Positions 32,271 through 47,460 are shown, counted from the first letter of the stretch. The stretch: DNA of 64,000 nt from Eledone cirrhosa (GCA_964016885.1 OZ024759.1:26040001-26104000), one strand, 5' to 3'. Notes: generated from the sequence alone by a model not told the origin. Made by a program: numbers and translations.

Positions 32271-33066
32271 TATATGCGCATACACACAGTCACACAAGCA
32301 CACATACAAAAATACATACAGCACACACACACACACAAAACAAACATGTTACGAAGTAGTGTTTGTGTTTATCCCTGAGTAAATGAGTTGTTTGTGTGTT
32401 TTTCCAAATGTGCTTATTATATTTAAGTGCAGACGATGTTTTGTGTAAGGTATCTTGTAGTGATATTTATCTCTGCTTGTCTGTCTATCTGTCTGTTTGT
32501 ATGTCTATGTGTTTGTGTGTCTCTCTGCCTGTCTGTCTATCTGTCTGTTTGTATGTCTATGTGTTTGTGTGTCTCTCTGTCTGTATGTCTATCTGTCTGT
32601 CTCTTTTAAGACTCTTTACGTTCACAGAAAGAATGAAACAAATAAATCTGCAAAAGAGAATGGAAACATCACAATAAAACACACAATTATGTTGATACAT
32701 TATCACATTCATTGACACAAGTAAACACACGCACACACACACATGCACACATATATATATATATATATCTTCATAAACCTGATAGCATGTACATGTACAC
32801 ATACACTTTCGTAAGCCCAGCCACAAACTCCTATATGTACATGTATGGCTTCGTATGTATGTGTATATATATGTATAAATATATATATATATCTATATAT
32901 ATATGTATATATATATGTGTATATATATATATGGACACAGCTATCTACAGCAATATACACATATTTAGATATAAATACATGAAATGCGATACATATTTTA
33001 TTGATGCAACATTTACACTATCACACATAAACATACATGCATATATATATATTTATATATTTACAT

Positions 33067-33149
<83 letters not shown>

Positions 33150-33789
33150 TACATACATACATACATGTGCCCTGGAGTAGACGTACGCTTGCAGAATCCG
33201 TCGTCCCCTCCCGTTACTAAAGACCCAACCCCGAAACCGCCAACATACCCCACACACCCCTTCACTGTATAACAGAAAATCCCCAGACATTAGCGATTCT
33301 ATAAAGTAAGGTAATATTTTTGACAAATTCCGCTGATAAGTGGATCAGAGAAAAGTACGCCATCGACTCTTGGAAACGACACAGACATGATGGCAAATCC
33401 TAGCTATTGTTCTTGTTGTTGTTACTGCTGCTGTTGTTATTGATGTTGCCCTTGTTGTTGTTATTGTTGATGCTATTGTTTTTGTTGATGTTGTTGTTGT
33501 TGTTGTTGCTGTTGTTGTTGTTACTGACTGCCTTTTTGTATAGTTGTCGTTGTTGTTGTCATTGTTGTTGCTAACTGCTTTTGTTGATGTTGATGTCATT
33601 TTTGTTCATGTTATTGTTGTCATGGTTGCTGTCTTGTTGTTCTAATAATTGTTATTGCTGTTGTTGTGGTTGTCTTTGTTTTTGTTAATGCTCATGTTGT
33701 TGTTGACGTCGGTGGTATTGTTTTTATTCGTTCACTGTTTAAGTTGGTGCTAATGTTGTCGATATTCTTGTAGTTTGACGAGGATAGTT

Positions 33790-34650
33790 TGTTGACTGAC
33801 TGTTTGGTTGGGTGGTTAGCTGGTTATTTGGTAGGTAGGTTGACTGGTTGGCTCAATGGTTGGATGTTTGGTTGGATGGTCGCTTGGCTGGATGGCTGGT
33901 TGCTTGATTGGTTGGTTAGCTAGTTGGATGGTTATCTGGATGGTTGGATGGCTGGTTGCTTGATTGGTTGGTTAGCTAGTTGGATGGTTATCTGGATGGT
34001 TAGATGGTTGATTGGTTGGCTCAATGGTTGGATGTTTTCGTTGGATGGTCGCTTGGCTGGATGGCTGGTTGCTTGATTGGTTGGTTAGCTAGTTGGATGG
34101 TTATCTGGATGGTTGGATGGCTGGCTGCTTGATTGGTTGGTTAGCTAGTTGGATGGTTATCTGGATGGTTAGATGGTTGATTTGTTGGCTCAATGGTTGG
34201 ATGTTTTCGTTGGATGGTCGCTTGGCTGGATGGCTGGCTGCTTGATTGGTTGGTTAGCTAGTTGGATGGGTATCTGGATGGTTGGATGGTTGATTGGTTG
34301 GCTCAATGGTTGGATGTTTTCGTTGGATGGTCGCTTGGTTGGATGGCTGGTTACTTGATTGATTGGTTAGCTAGTTGGATGGTTATCTGGATGGTTGGAT
34401 GGTTGATTGGTTGGCTCAATGGTTGGATGTTTTCGTTGGGTGGTTACTTGATTGGTTGGTTAGCTAGTTGGATGGTTGTTTGTTTGTTTGGTTGGTTGGC
34501 TGGTTAACGAGTTAGTCGTTTGATGGGATGGTTAGTGACTGGTTGGCTGGTTTGCAGGATGATTTGATGGTTAGCTGGTTGTTTGGTGAGCTAGTTTTCT
34601 GGCTGGTTGTTTAGCTGGCTAGATGGTTGGTTGGATGGCTGAATGGTTAT
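33790..34650. repeat. GGTT/GGAT composite minisatellite
   Basis: Repeated GCTTGATTGGTTGGTTAGCTAGTTGGATGGTTATCTGGATGG blocks. Confidence 0.9.
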
Positions 34651-34780
34651 GTAGATGGTGGGCAATGTAGGAAGGTTGAGAACGTGAGGGTTAGAGTGGT
34701 GAGTATGTACAGGCGGCGCGGGTGGTGGTGGTAATGGTGATGGTGTGTGTGTGAGGAGAGCAGGATCACTGGGCCATGCT

Positions 34781-34878
<98 letters not shown>

Positions 34879-35076
34879 AGGCTTACGCCTGGGATCAAGT
34901 ATAGCTCTTTTTACAAAACGTTTTTTTTTCCATTTCAAGTAGACGCGCGCCATCATCCACTTTTCTAAAAAACAAATCATACATAAATCGCCAGCACCAA
35001 CATGTTGACCAAGAGATGTCAACATGAATGGACCTATTATTTTTATCTAAAGACATTTTTTCCAATTCCATCCCGC

Positions 35077-35232
35077 CCGTCCCCTCAATTTATTTTATTT
35101 TTCATTCTTTCTTCTGATGAAGGACTAGCGTCCGAAACGTTAAGACCCTCTTCCTGCTATATCAAGCGTTAACCTAATATATCCCTTCCATATACTGTAC
35201 CGATTGTGTTGTTATTTCTGTTTACCTTTTAC
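35077..35232 (+). mobile_element. Family B element containing a minimal type I HHR (35110-35145)
   Basis: UCUU-CUGAUGA-A-GGAC UAGC GUCC-GAAA-CG-UU-AAGA; the element is repeated at 49666-49820. Confidence 0.8.
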
Positions 35233-35482
35233 ATATATATATATATATAAGTTATAACAATGAAATAAAAAATCAAGTCATTAGAAATATACTTCACTGC
35301 TTTACGATCGTTTCTAGGTGATGATAATACATCGTAACTATACTTCGATATCGATCTATGTAAGGTTAGTTACAAAATATCAGATAAAGAGAATTTATTT
35401 TAACCTACAACATTTTCAACATATGGATTACATTGAATTCTTCATGCAGACTAGATCCCACAACTTACCGTGGATATCTCTG

Positions 35483-35520
<38 letters not shown>

Positions 35521-35762
35521 CATTGTGTGTGTACGTGTGCTTCTGTGTATACATATGATTGTGTGTATTTGTATGTATGTTTAAATATATATATATATAT
35601 ATATATAAATGTGTGTGTGTGTATATATTTATGAATATATATTTACGTGTATATATATATATATATAAATGTATGTATGTATATGTGTATATATATGTAT
35701 ATTTATGAGTATATATATATATAAATGTATGTATATATGTATATATATGTGTATGCATATTT

Positions 35763-35837
35763 ATTTTCCCCGGTATTTATGTCGGAGTAATTTCCAGGAG
35801 ATCTTTAAACCTGTCTTACCTTCTTATGTTAGATTCT

Positions 35838-35899
<62 letters not shown>

Positions 35900-35982
35900 C
35901 ACACACAAGAATCTAACATAAGAAGGTAAGACAGGTTTAAAGATCTCCTGGAAATTACTCCGACATAAATACCGGGGAAAAT
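35763..35982. repeat. Perfect 80-bp inverted repeat around a (TA)n loop
   Basis: 35763-35842 is the reverse complement of 35903-35982. Confidence 0.95.
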
Positions 35983-36021
35983 CGTTTAAACGGAGACACA
36001 CGACACAAGTCATAAAGCTTG

Positions 36022-36642
36022 CTGTACAGATGTGTGTGTCTGTGTGTGTGTAGTATGTATAGATGTGTGTGTCTGTGTGTAGTATGTACAGATGTGTGTG
36101 TCTGTGTATGTAGTATGTACAGATGTGTATGTCTGTGTGTGTAGTTTGTACTGATGTGTATGTCTGTTTGTGTAGTTTGTACAGATGTGTATGTCTGTGT
36201 GTGTAGTTTGTACAGATGTGTGTGTCTGTGTGTGTAGTTTGTACAGATGTGTGTGTCTGTGTGTATAGTTTGTACAGATGTGTGTGTCTGTGTGTGTAGT
36301 ATGTATAGATGTGTGTGTCTGTGTGTGTAGTATGTATAGATGTGTGTGTCTGTGTGTAGTTTGTACAGATGTGTGTGTAGTTTGTACAGATGTATGTGTC
36401 TGTGTGTGTGTAGTATGTACGGATGTGTGTGTCTGTGTGTGTAGTATGTATAGATGTGTGTGTCTGTGTGTGTAGTTTGTACAGATGTGTGTGTGTCTGT
36501 GTGTGTAGTATGTACAGATGTGTGTGTCTGTGTGTGTAGTATGTATAGATGTGTGTGTCTGTGTGTTTAGTTTGTACAGATATGTGTAGTTTGTACAGAT
36601 GTGTGTGTAGTTTGTACAGATGTATGTGTCGTGTAGTGTGTA
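36022..36642. repeat. ~30-bp minisatellite
   Basis: GTGTGTAGTTTGTACAGATGTGTGTGTCT units. Confidence 0.92.
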
Positions 36643-37330
36643 CCACCACCACCACCACCAACACTACCACCACCAACACTACCACCACCAACACTACCAC
36701 CACCAACACTACTACCAACACTACCACCACCACCATCACCAACACTACCACCACCAACACTACCACCACCACCACCAACAACAACACTACCATCACCAAC
36801 ACTACCACCAACACTACCACCACCAACATTACCATCACCAACACTACCACCACCAACGTCCCCACCAACACGACCAACACTGACATCAACACCAACAACA
36901 CCACCATCACTACTACAACACAACCACCACCATCACTGCCAACAACAAAACTACCACCACCAACAACAACACTACCACCGCCAACAACATACTACCACCA
37001 CCAACACCACCACCACCACCACTACCAACAACGCCACCACCATCACTACCAACAACAAGACTAACACCACCACCACCACCAACACGACTACCACCACCAC
37101 CAACACCATCACTACCAACAACACCACCATCACTACCAACAACACCACCATCATTACCAACAACACCACCATCATTACCAACAACACCTCCATCATTATC
37201 AACAACACCACCATCACGACCAACAACAACACTACCACCACCAATACGACCACCACTAACACGACCACCACTAACACTACCACCAACCAACACCACCACC
37301 ACCAACAACAACAACAAACCACCCACTACC
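36643..37330. repeat. (ACC/AAC)n low-complexity tract
   Basis: Direct reading. Confidence 0.9.
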
Positions 37331-37424
37331 ATAAAACGTGCAAAAAGACCAATTACATGAAACAAACAAAACAACAAAGACTAAACCAACAAAGACAACA
37401 ACAATAACAGCAGCAGTAATAATG

Positions 37425-37760
37425 ATTTCATTTATAGGCCACAAGGGCCAACATATAGGGGACTAGAATAGACGGGGGCAGTGTGGGTTTACACAAAATT
37501 CGAGTAAAAGATTTGAAAAAATAACAAGAAAATTATAAACAAATAGTTCCCTAATAGGGGGGGGGTGATAACCACCCAGGGTTGACTTAGGTATTACACC
37601 AATCCTGAACCACCCGACTCTTCGAGGGCACAAGGGCCGACATATAGGGGACAATACAAAGACAGGGACAGTGGGGGGTTTTACAATAAAATTTAGTGAT
37701 AATACACAATAACAAAACCAATTTAACAATGAAAAAATATAAAAATAATATATATATAAA
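37425..37760 (-). mobile_element. Two tandem 3' UTR remnants of a Tx1/L1-like LINE
   Basis: Reverse complement TGTAAAC...GTCCCCTATATGTTGGCCCTTGTGGCCTATAAATGAAA resembles 43989-44049; CCCCTATTAGGGAA resembles 43920. Confidence 0.6.
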
Positions 37761-37792
37761 GATATAAAGATATAACAAAATAAGAGCAGTAA

Positions 37793-38053
37793 TAAATGTT
37801 TCTACATTTGGCACAAGGCCAGCAATTACCCAGTGCATAAGGGTTTCTTATATAGGCACAAGGCCATCAATTTTAGGGGAGGGGAAAGTCGATTATATCG
37901 ACCCCAGTGCGTTACTGGTACTTTATTTTATCAACCCCAGTAATGATGAAAGGCAAAGTTAACCTCGGTGGGATTTGAACACAGAACGTAAAGAGCCATA
38001 ACTCTATGCTTCAAAGCATGGCCTCCGACCCTCTACTGATACTGCCAATCCAT
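37793..38053 (-). mobile_element. SINE 3' fragment plus full SINE copy
   Basis: Reverse-complement match to the SINE consensus. Confidence 0.9.
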
Positions 38054-38633
38054 TGCCAATGATTGCTTTCTTTCTTTTTTCTTTCTTTTTTCTTTCTTTT
38101 TTCTTTCTTATCTATTTATAATAACAATAAAGGAAAGTCAATGAAAAAGTCATTTAAATGTTGATAAAGTCTCCTAACACCCTTATCAATGTGGCTCCCT
38201 TTATCTCCCTCCCTTCTGTGCCCTCACCATTCTGCCTGCCCCTATCATTTAATGGGGAGCAGGCGTAACCTTTGACCTTGCACCGACAGCAGTGCTATCG
38301 TCTCCTATACCCTCCCCCATCTACACCGTCTACTTCGCCATCATTACTTCATCATCAGTAGTAGTAGTAGCAGTAGTAGTAGTAGTAGTAATAGGTGCAG
38401 TAGTAGCAATAGCAGTAACAGCAGTAATAGTAGCAGCAGTAGTAGTAGTAGTAGTAGTAGTAGATGCAGTACTAGTAGTAGTAGATGCAGCAGTAGTAGT
38501 AGTAGTAGTAGTAACAGCTGCAATAGTAACAATAGCAGTAACAGCAGTAATAGTAGCAGCAGCAGTACTATCAGTAGTAATAATAGCAGCAGTATTAGTA
38601 GTAGTAATAGTAGTAGTAACAGCTGCAGCAGTA

Positions 38634-38665
<32 letters not shown>

Positions 38666-38937
38666 ACAGCTGCAGTAGTAGTAGTAGTAACAGTAGTAGT
38701 AGTAGTAGCAACATCATTATTAGCATTAGCGACAACAGAGCCATCATCCGTAGGTTAATAAATAAACTTCCACCATCACCATCATCATCATTGTCATCAT
38801 GATGGTCACCATCATCATCAACATCAACAACATCATAGTTATAATTTTGGTGATGGGGCGGTTGTGGTGGAAGGGGATGTGGTGGTGAATAAACATACAC
38901 ACACAACTATATATATATATATATAGTATATATATAG

Positions 38938-38951
38938 TATATAATAGACTC

Positions 38952-38997
<46 letters not shown>

Positions 38998-39089
38998 TCT
39001 ATTATATATACATATATACGTTTGTGTGTGTATTATGTGTATGTATATTTATATATATACATATATATACACATAATACATATATATAT

Positions 39090-39138
<49 letters not shown>

Positions 39139-39148
39139 ATATATATAT

Positions 39149-39183
<35 letters not shown>

Positions 39184-39295
39184 GAGTCTATTATATATAC
39201 ATATATATGTTTGTGTGTGTATCATGTGTGTGTATATATATATATGTATATAATGAGTCTATTATATATACATATATTTGTTTGTGTGTGTATTA

Positions 39296-39343
<48 letters not shown>

Positions 39344-39386
39344 ATGAGTCTATTATATATACATATATTTGTTTGTGTGTGTATTA

Positions 39387-39432
<46 letters not shown>

Positions 39433-39664
39433 GAGTCTATTATATATACATATATATGTTTGTGTGTGTATTATGTGTATGTATATTTATGTATATATAT
39501 ATATATACACATAATATATATATATATATACACACATATATATATAATGAGTCTATTATATATACATATGTATGTTTGTGTGTGTATTATGTGTGTGTAT
39601 ATATATATATATATATAATGAGTCTATTATATATACATATATATGTTTGTGTGTGTATTATGTG

Positions 39665-39690
<26 letters not shown>
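38938..39690. repeat. Minisatellite with a fixed core and variable (TA)n; first unit inverted
   Basis: AATGAGTCTATTATATATACATATATATGTTTGTGTGTGTATTATGTG about 7 times. Confidence 0.9.
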
Positions 39691-39700
<10 letters not shown>

Positions 39701-40164
39701 CTCGCACACACCATTGTAGCCCGGTTTGTGTCCGTATATACATATATATGTATGAATATATTCTCTGTGTGTACGTGTGTGTGTACATGTGTCTGTGTGT
39801 ACATGTGTGTATGTGTACATGTGTGTGTGTGTGTACATGTCTGTGTGTACATGTGTGTGTGTACGTGTGCGTGTGTACATGTGTGTATGTGTACATATGT
39901 GTGTGTGTGTGTACATGTCTGTGTGTACATGTGTGTGTGTGTACGTGTGCGTGTGTACATGTGTGCGTATGTACAAATGGCAAGATGACTTTAAATTTGC
40001 TTGAAACATCTCTCAATTGTCTCCCTTGATGTTCGACCCTTATGTTGAGGATATCTGTCAAACATTAGGGGTCACCAGAAGCTCGGAAGGGGTGGTGCTG
40101 GTGGTGGTGGTGATTGGTGGGTCTACGATAGGGGACAGTAAAGAAAGGGAAAGAGTAGATTAGC

Positions 40165-40890
40165 ATTATGGTGGTGGTGATGGTATTGGGGATGGTGGTG
40201 CTGGTGGTGTTAGTGATGGTGGTGATGGTGTGTTGAGGATGGTGGTGTTGGTGATGGCGTTAATAAGATGGTGATGGTCATGTTGGGACGTTAGTGGTGG
40301 TGTTGTGGTTGTGGTGGTGATGTTATTGGTGGTGATGTTATTGATGGTGATGTTAGTGATGGTGATGTTGGTGGTGGTGATGTTGGTGGTGGTGATGTTG
40401 GTGGTGGTGATGTTATTGGTGGTGATGTTAGTGATGGTGATGTTGGTGGTAGTGATGTTAGTGGTGGTGATGTATCTTGGGTGTTGGTGATGGTGATGTT
40501 AGTGATGTTGATGTTGGTGGTAGTGATGTTAGTGGTGGTGATGTATCTTCGGTGTTGGTGATGGTGATGTTAGTGATGGTGATGTTGGTGGTAGTGATGT
40601 TAGTGGTGGTGATGTATCTTGGTGTTGGTGATGGTGATGTTATTGGTGGTGATGTTAGTGATGGTGATGTTGGTGGTAGTGATGTTAGTGGTGGTGATGT
40701 ATGTTGGGTGTTGGTGATGGTGATGTTAGTGATGGTGATGTTGGTGGTAGTGATGTTAGTGGTGGTGATGTATCTTGGTGTTGGTGATGGTGATGTTATT
40801 GGTGGTGATGTTAGTGATGGTGATGTTGGTGGTAGTGATGTTAGTGGTGGTGATGTATCTTGGTGTTGGTGATGGTGATGTTAGTGGTAG
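40165..40890. repeat. (GGT/GAT)n minisatellite
   Basis: Repeated GGTGATGTATCTTGGTGTTGGTGATGGTGATGTT. Confidence 0.9.
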
Positions 40891-41119
40891 TTGTGGGACA
40901 GGCTTAGTGTGCAGAGGTTTCACTACTGTTGTGGAAGAAAAATATAAATTAGGAATGGCCGACACGGTTTCGACCAAAGTGGTTAGATTTAAAGAGGTAT
41001 TTGACTGATTTCATATATGTATGTATACAGAGAAACGTTTGTATGTGCTACATATATATATATACATATACATATATGTAATAACTGAAATTGCACATAT
41101 ATATACATTCCTTATTAAA

Positions 41120-41819
41120 TAAATGTATATATGCGTGTATATATATAAATATATATATATATATGTATATATATGTATATATATATATGTATATATATGT
41201 ATGTATATATATGTATATATATATATATGTATATATATGTATATATATATATGTATATATATGTATATATATATGTATATGTATATATATATATGTATAT
41301 AAATATATGTATATGTATATATATATGTATATATATATGTATATATATATGTATTTATGTATATGTATATATATATGTATATATGTATATGTATATATAT
41401 ATGTATATATATATGTATATATATATATATATGTATATATATATGTATATATATATGTATATGTATATGTATATATGTATATATATATGTATATATATAT
41501 GTATATGTATATGTATATATGTATATGTATATATATATATGTATATATATATATGTATATATATATATGTATATATATATATGTATATATATATATGTAT
41601 ATATATATATGTATATATATATATGTATATATATATGTATATATATATATGTATATGTATATATATATATGTATATATATATATGTATATATATATATGT
41701 ATATATATGTATATATATATGTATATATATATGTATATATATATGTATATATATATGTATATATATATGTATATATATATGTATATATATATGTATATAT
41801 ATATGTATATATGTATATG

Positions 41820-41876
<57 letters not shown>

Positions 41877-41963
41877 GTATATATATATGTATATATATAT
41901 GTATATATATATGTATATATATATGTATATATATATGTATATATATATGTGTATATATATATG

Positions 41964-42019
<56 letters not shown>

Positions 42020-42030
42020 TGTGTGTGTAT
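41120..42030. repeat. (TA)n/GTATATATATAT tract
   Basis: Direct reading. Confidence 0.95.
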
Positions 42031-42349
42031 GTGTGTTTGCGAGAGAGTGAGAGGAAGAGATAGAGAAATTGACACAGCTGTGTCCTATCTTGCTAATTTA
42101 CACCCATCAAGTCGTATAAAGAGACACGCGTACATATTATATATATATATATAAACTCACATGTATTTATACACACCCTGTGTATATACACATTAATAAT
42201 ATACATAGCCTCACATTCGTAGATACAGATTATTATAGACAGAGATAGAAATGGCAAGAAAGGAAGAATCTCTTAAATTGCTCTCATCATAATGTGCAAA
42301 TGAGCAGCATTATCTTCCTCCTCTCTATCTCTCTCTCTATCTATATATG

Positions 42350-42695
42350 TATATATGTATGTATGTATGTATGTACATGTACGTATGTATGTATGTATGT
42401 ATGTACATGTACGTATGTATGTATGTATGTACATGTACGTATGTATGTATGTATGTACATGTACGTATGTATGTATGTATGTACATGTACGTATGTATGT
42501 ATGTATGTACATGTACGAATGTATGTATGTATGTACATGTACGTATGTATGTATGTATGTACATGTACGAATGTATGTATGTATGTACATGTACGAATGT
42601 ATGTATGTATGTATGTATGTATGTACATGTACGTATGTATGTATGTATGTATGTACATGTACGTATGTATGTATGTATGTACATGTACGTATATA

Positions 42696-42767
<72 letters not shown>

Positions 42768-42770
42768 AAC
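42350..42770. repeat. (ATGT)n-based minisatellite
   Basis: GTACATGTACGTATGTATGTAT units. Confidence 0.93.
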
Positions 42771-42838
42771 ACGAAGTAATGATCACATCTTACTTTACAA
42801 TTTACACGCAGCAAATGGAAATATATTCACATTTACTG

Positions 42839-42887
<49 letters not shown>

Positions 42888-43261
42888 CACATATACACCC
42901 ACATATACTCCCATCCACAAATGGATCAGCTGTGAGACCTCCCACTTAATTTACACTCATCAAAAGCATACATAAACATTTGTCAACACACATGCTTACA
43001 TGCATGCACACACAGGCACATATGTATATACGTACACATACATATTTATTATGGCGCATGCCAAGCGATAACCTGAACCACACTTATAAATATACACACA
43101 CACATTTATTTGTTAATGTGATGTTGTGATAGTGATGCATTTCCCTTCCAATGTCTGGCTTCAGAAATGAGGTTAAATTTGTGAGACTTTTCAACGGCAA
43201 ATCATCTGCTTCAAGTGTCGGATCCTCCCATAAGTAAATATTGTAGATTTATAGATGTACA

Positions 43262-43449
43262 AATAACTGTTTCTACTTTAGGCACAAGGCCAGCAATTAC
43301 CCAGTGCATTACTGGTACTTTATTTTATCGACCCCGTAAGGATGTAAGGCAAAGTCAACCTCGGCGGGATTTGAACTCAGATCGTAAAGGGACGTAACTA
43401 TGCTGGAAAGCATGGCGTCCGACCCTCTACTGATACTGCCAATCCACTC
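43262..43449 (-). mobile_element. Nin-type SINE copy
   Basis: Full-length reverse-complement match. Confidence 0.9.
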
Positions 43450-43527
43450 ACCCAAATTAACATCTATCAACCAATCTATGTATGTTTGTCCATCTATCTG
43501 TCTACACATCTATCTATCTTCCTATAT

Positions 43528-44050
43528 TGTCATGGTCAAACCGCCACCCTCCTTCAAAAACGAAGGAGAGGCGGTTTTCCTTTGTGTGATAGCTATGGCG
43601 AAAGAGGTTGTATGGTGGACAAGGTTGAAAGGGCTGAGGTCAGACACCTTTCTCTCCGGCAAACAACTGATTCTTTTTTTCAAATACCACTTTGGAAGAA
43701 GAATCAGGATAGAGAGAGAGGTGCTGTACCCCAGCAAGTTTTATGAAAGGTGGGTGAAAGTGGCGAGAATGGCCCGAGTGAATGGGCCTTCTCTCTATAT
43801 CAGTCTGTAGGTTGAGGAAAAGGAGGAGGATAGGAAAGGAGTACAAACTCTTCGTACTCCTGGAGATGAGGGTTGCACACTTTTTTTTCGGGGGTATGTG
43901 TTACCCATATGAACTGTCTCCCCCTATTGGGAAAAATCGACTAATTTTTTTAATTGCATTTGTGATATTATTTTACGTTTTCATTGAATGTAAACTTCCC
44001 CCTTTGTATTTGTCCCCTTCTTTTGTGCCCCTGTGGCTAATAAAGAAACA
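43528..44050 (+). mobile_element. 5'-truncated Tx1/L1-like LINE (ORF2 C-terminus plus 3' UTR) with a 17-bp TSD
   Basis: Open frame ...AVFLCVIAMAKEVVWWTRLKG...KFYERWVKVARM..SL* to 43810; ends AATAAAGAAACA; TSD TATCTATCTTCCTATAT at 43511-43527 and 44051-44067. Confidence 0.75.
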
Positions 44051-44114
44051 TATCTATCTTCCTATATATTTCGCTATCTATCTATCTGTATTTGTCTCTG
44101 CCCCTGCGTTCCTT

Positions 44115-44151
<37 letters not shown>

Positions 44152-44301
44152 GTGTGTGGTGTTGATGTGTGTTTGTATGTGTGTGGAGGAGATATCTATA
44201 CACACACACATATATATATATATATATATGCATATATATATATATATATGTCTGTCTGTGCTCATACCTCATATGCATTCGGTCTCTCCCACACACACAT
44301 A

Positions 44302-44410
<109 letters not shown>

Positions 44411-44632
44411 GAAAAAAGATATAGTCACTTCACTGTATAAATATATCGATTTATAGAACAAAAAAAAAAGGATTTCTCACTAAAAGTAAAATATAAAAAG
44501 TATAGAAAATAAAACAACAAGACTTTATCAAAATATGTCATTGACACATTCACATTGAAAGTTCTGCATTTTCTACAGTTTTCCTTCAGTGTCCTTCTCC
44601 TCTAGCTTCCTTCGGCTCTCTCTCCCTCCCCC

Positions 44633-44692
<60 letters not shown>

Positions 44693-44981
44693 CATCCTCT
44701 TACCATCCTCATGCTCTTCCCACTTTCCCTCCCCATCGTTTTTCTTCTCTTCTTCCGCTTCCTCTTTGTCTGCGAATTATCGCGCGTTTGTTGTCACGTC
44801 TGGGTGTTGTATCAACAATGAACATGCGTTATAACGCTAACAATATTAATAATAACAACAGCGATATCAATAGCAAGAAATGGGCGGGAAAATGACATGG
44901 CAACTTCACAGCTCCTCGACATTGAGACATATTACTTCCTTCACTCCCTACCTCCCCCCTCTATATATCTGTATGTCTGTC

Positions 44982-45012
<31 letters not shown>

Positions 45013-45039
45013 CTAATCTGTCTGTCCATCTATCTGGCC

Positions 45040-45081
<42 letters not shown>

Positions 45082-45225
45082 AAATAAAGAAACATATCTA
45101 TCTATCTATATCTATTTATCTATCTATCTATCTTGTGCGCCCTTGTGGCTAATATATATATATATATATATATTTCTTTATCTATATATCTATCTGTATT
45201 TGTCTCCATCTGTCTCTCACTCATA

Positions 45226-45329
<104 letters not shown>

Positions 45330-45439
45330 TTCAGAAAAGAAAGGACAAAACGAAAAACAATCTTTTAAGAGGAAACCTTAAAAAAATATTTAAAAAATAT
45401 AAATATACAAACGAAAGTCGCAGTACTCCATGGTCATCG

Positions 45440-45506
<67 letters not shown>

Positions 45507-46467
45507 ATATATACATTCAAGTATTTAACTCTGTCCATTCTCTCTTTTCCCCTTTCTCTCCCTCTCTCCCAAACCCAATTAACCGCCACCCTCTATTTGT
45601 TATTCTATCAATGTTGTCCTCTTCATATAACATGTCTTCTTTTTCAATTTCTCCATTCTTCAGTTGTACATTTTCATTCCCCACCTCTCTCTCTCTTCTC
45701 TTACTCTCTCTCTCTCTCTTACTCTCTCTCTCTCACTCTCTCTCACCCACTCTCTTTCTCTCTCTCTCTCATCCACTCTCTTTCTCTTTCTCTGAATATC
45801 AATCTCTCCATGACACTTACTCTGTCTTTCCCTATATCTGCCCACTACCCACGACCTGTAACCACCACCCAAGCTCATGCTCTATTCTGTCCCGTACTTT
45901 CAAGTACCAATTCTCTCCATTTCTCTCTCTCCCATTCTCACCCACTCTCTCTCTCTCCTTAGCCCTGCCATCTATTATCCCCCATGCTCTCCACTGTGCC
46001 ATTCATTCAAGTGCCACTTATCAGTCATTATCCTTCTCTGACAACGTGTCACAATGGCCGCCATTACTAAACCTCTTCCTTCCTTCCGGACGCCATATCT
46101 CTTCGTTTCCGTGTGTCATCCATGTTTGTTCATATATATACATACATACACACACAAACATATATATATATATATATTGGGTTCCTGTATTAAATTGTTA
46201 TTGCATTTTATCTACGTTTGTTGTTGATTTGTAAGCAGAATGTTTCTAGACACAATATTAAATTTGCAATTGAAACTATGTTGAAATGTTACACATTTCG
46301 GAGTTGGTGTTGGTGCTTATATCTGTAATGAAATGCTTTTGGGTTTTTTTTAACTGGTATGTATATATGTCTCTCTCTCTCTCCCTCTCTCTCTCTAGTA
46401 ATAATAATAAATTTGAAGACTAAAATCCAAAGCGATTCTTTGCTTAAACTTTAATCTGTTATTTTAA

Positions 46468-46521
<54 letters not shown>

Positions 46522-46529
46522 CCCTCTTT

Positions 46530-46593
46530 CTGATGAGCGATCTAGACGTATGTTAATATTGTCTAGGTTCCTGAAACCTTTGGCAATGGAGTA
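46530..46593 (+). ncRNA. Degenerate HHR-like motif (family E)
   Basis: CUGAUGA, long stem II GAUCUAGAC/GUCUAGGUU, GAAAC...GUA; stems I and III pair poorly. Confidence 0.35.
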
Positions 46594-46688
46594 GTTATAT
46601 ATTATGTTGTTCACTTTCTAATTCAATAGCTCTGTTTTATACATAGAGCACTCTTTTTTCCTTTGCTTTTTCTTCGGAAGTACTTAAC

Positions 46689-46723
<35 letters not shown>

Positions 46724-47336
46724 CATACATACAAGCCAAAACCGCTTGGCGTTGTGGTGGAAGTTTACCCCCCCCCCCCATCTCCCTCTCTCTTTCCCTC
46801 CCTCTCTATCTCCCTCCCTCTCTCTCTCCCTCTCTCTCACTCTCCTCATTTTCTATCTCTCTCTCCCTTACACTCTCTTTCTCTCCCTCTCTTTCTCCCC
46901 CCCTCTCTCTATATATATATATATATACACATTTATTTATAAATGTATGTTTTGTTATGCCTATATGCATGTATATGTATGTATGTATCTATGCATCTAC
47001 GTATGTATGTATATATGCATGTATATATATGTATGAGAGTAAATGAAAGGAGGCATTATCTGTCCTAGCAGTCTCAGAAACCATGAAGTACCAAACACTG
47101 ACAAAATCACACCATGAAATCTCTTCAAAAGTGAACTCTTAATTTACCATGAAATGTGTTGTCCATCCCACCACCACCAACTCGACAGACCTCCCTCTTC
47201 TGCTCATCCTTTATACACTGGGACTTACATACCCTTACACAAACCACCACCAATACCACCCAACCAATATCACCCACTACCACCAACACCATCATCACTA
47301 CTACCACCAACGCTACTAACACAACGACCACCACAA

Positions 47337-47384
<48 letters not shown>

Positions 47385-47401
47385 TACTATACATATATAT
47401 T

Positions 47402-47460
<59 letters not shown>

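Noticed and set aside
33330-33405. DKWIREKY peptide resembling an ArfGAP helix
   Set aside because: Short, bounded by stops, with no splice sites or zinc-finger exon nearby
35001-35026. 9-bp hairpin CATGTTGAC/GTCAACATG as a Helitron end or terminator
   Set aside because: No CTRR end or U tract at the expected distance; single occurrence
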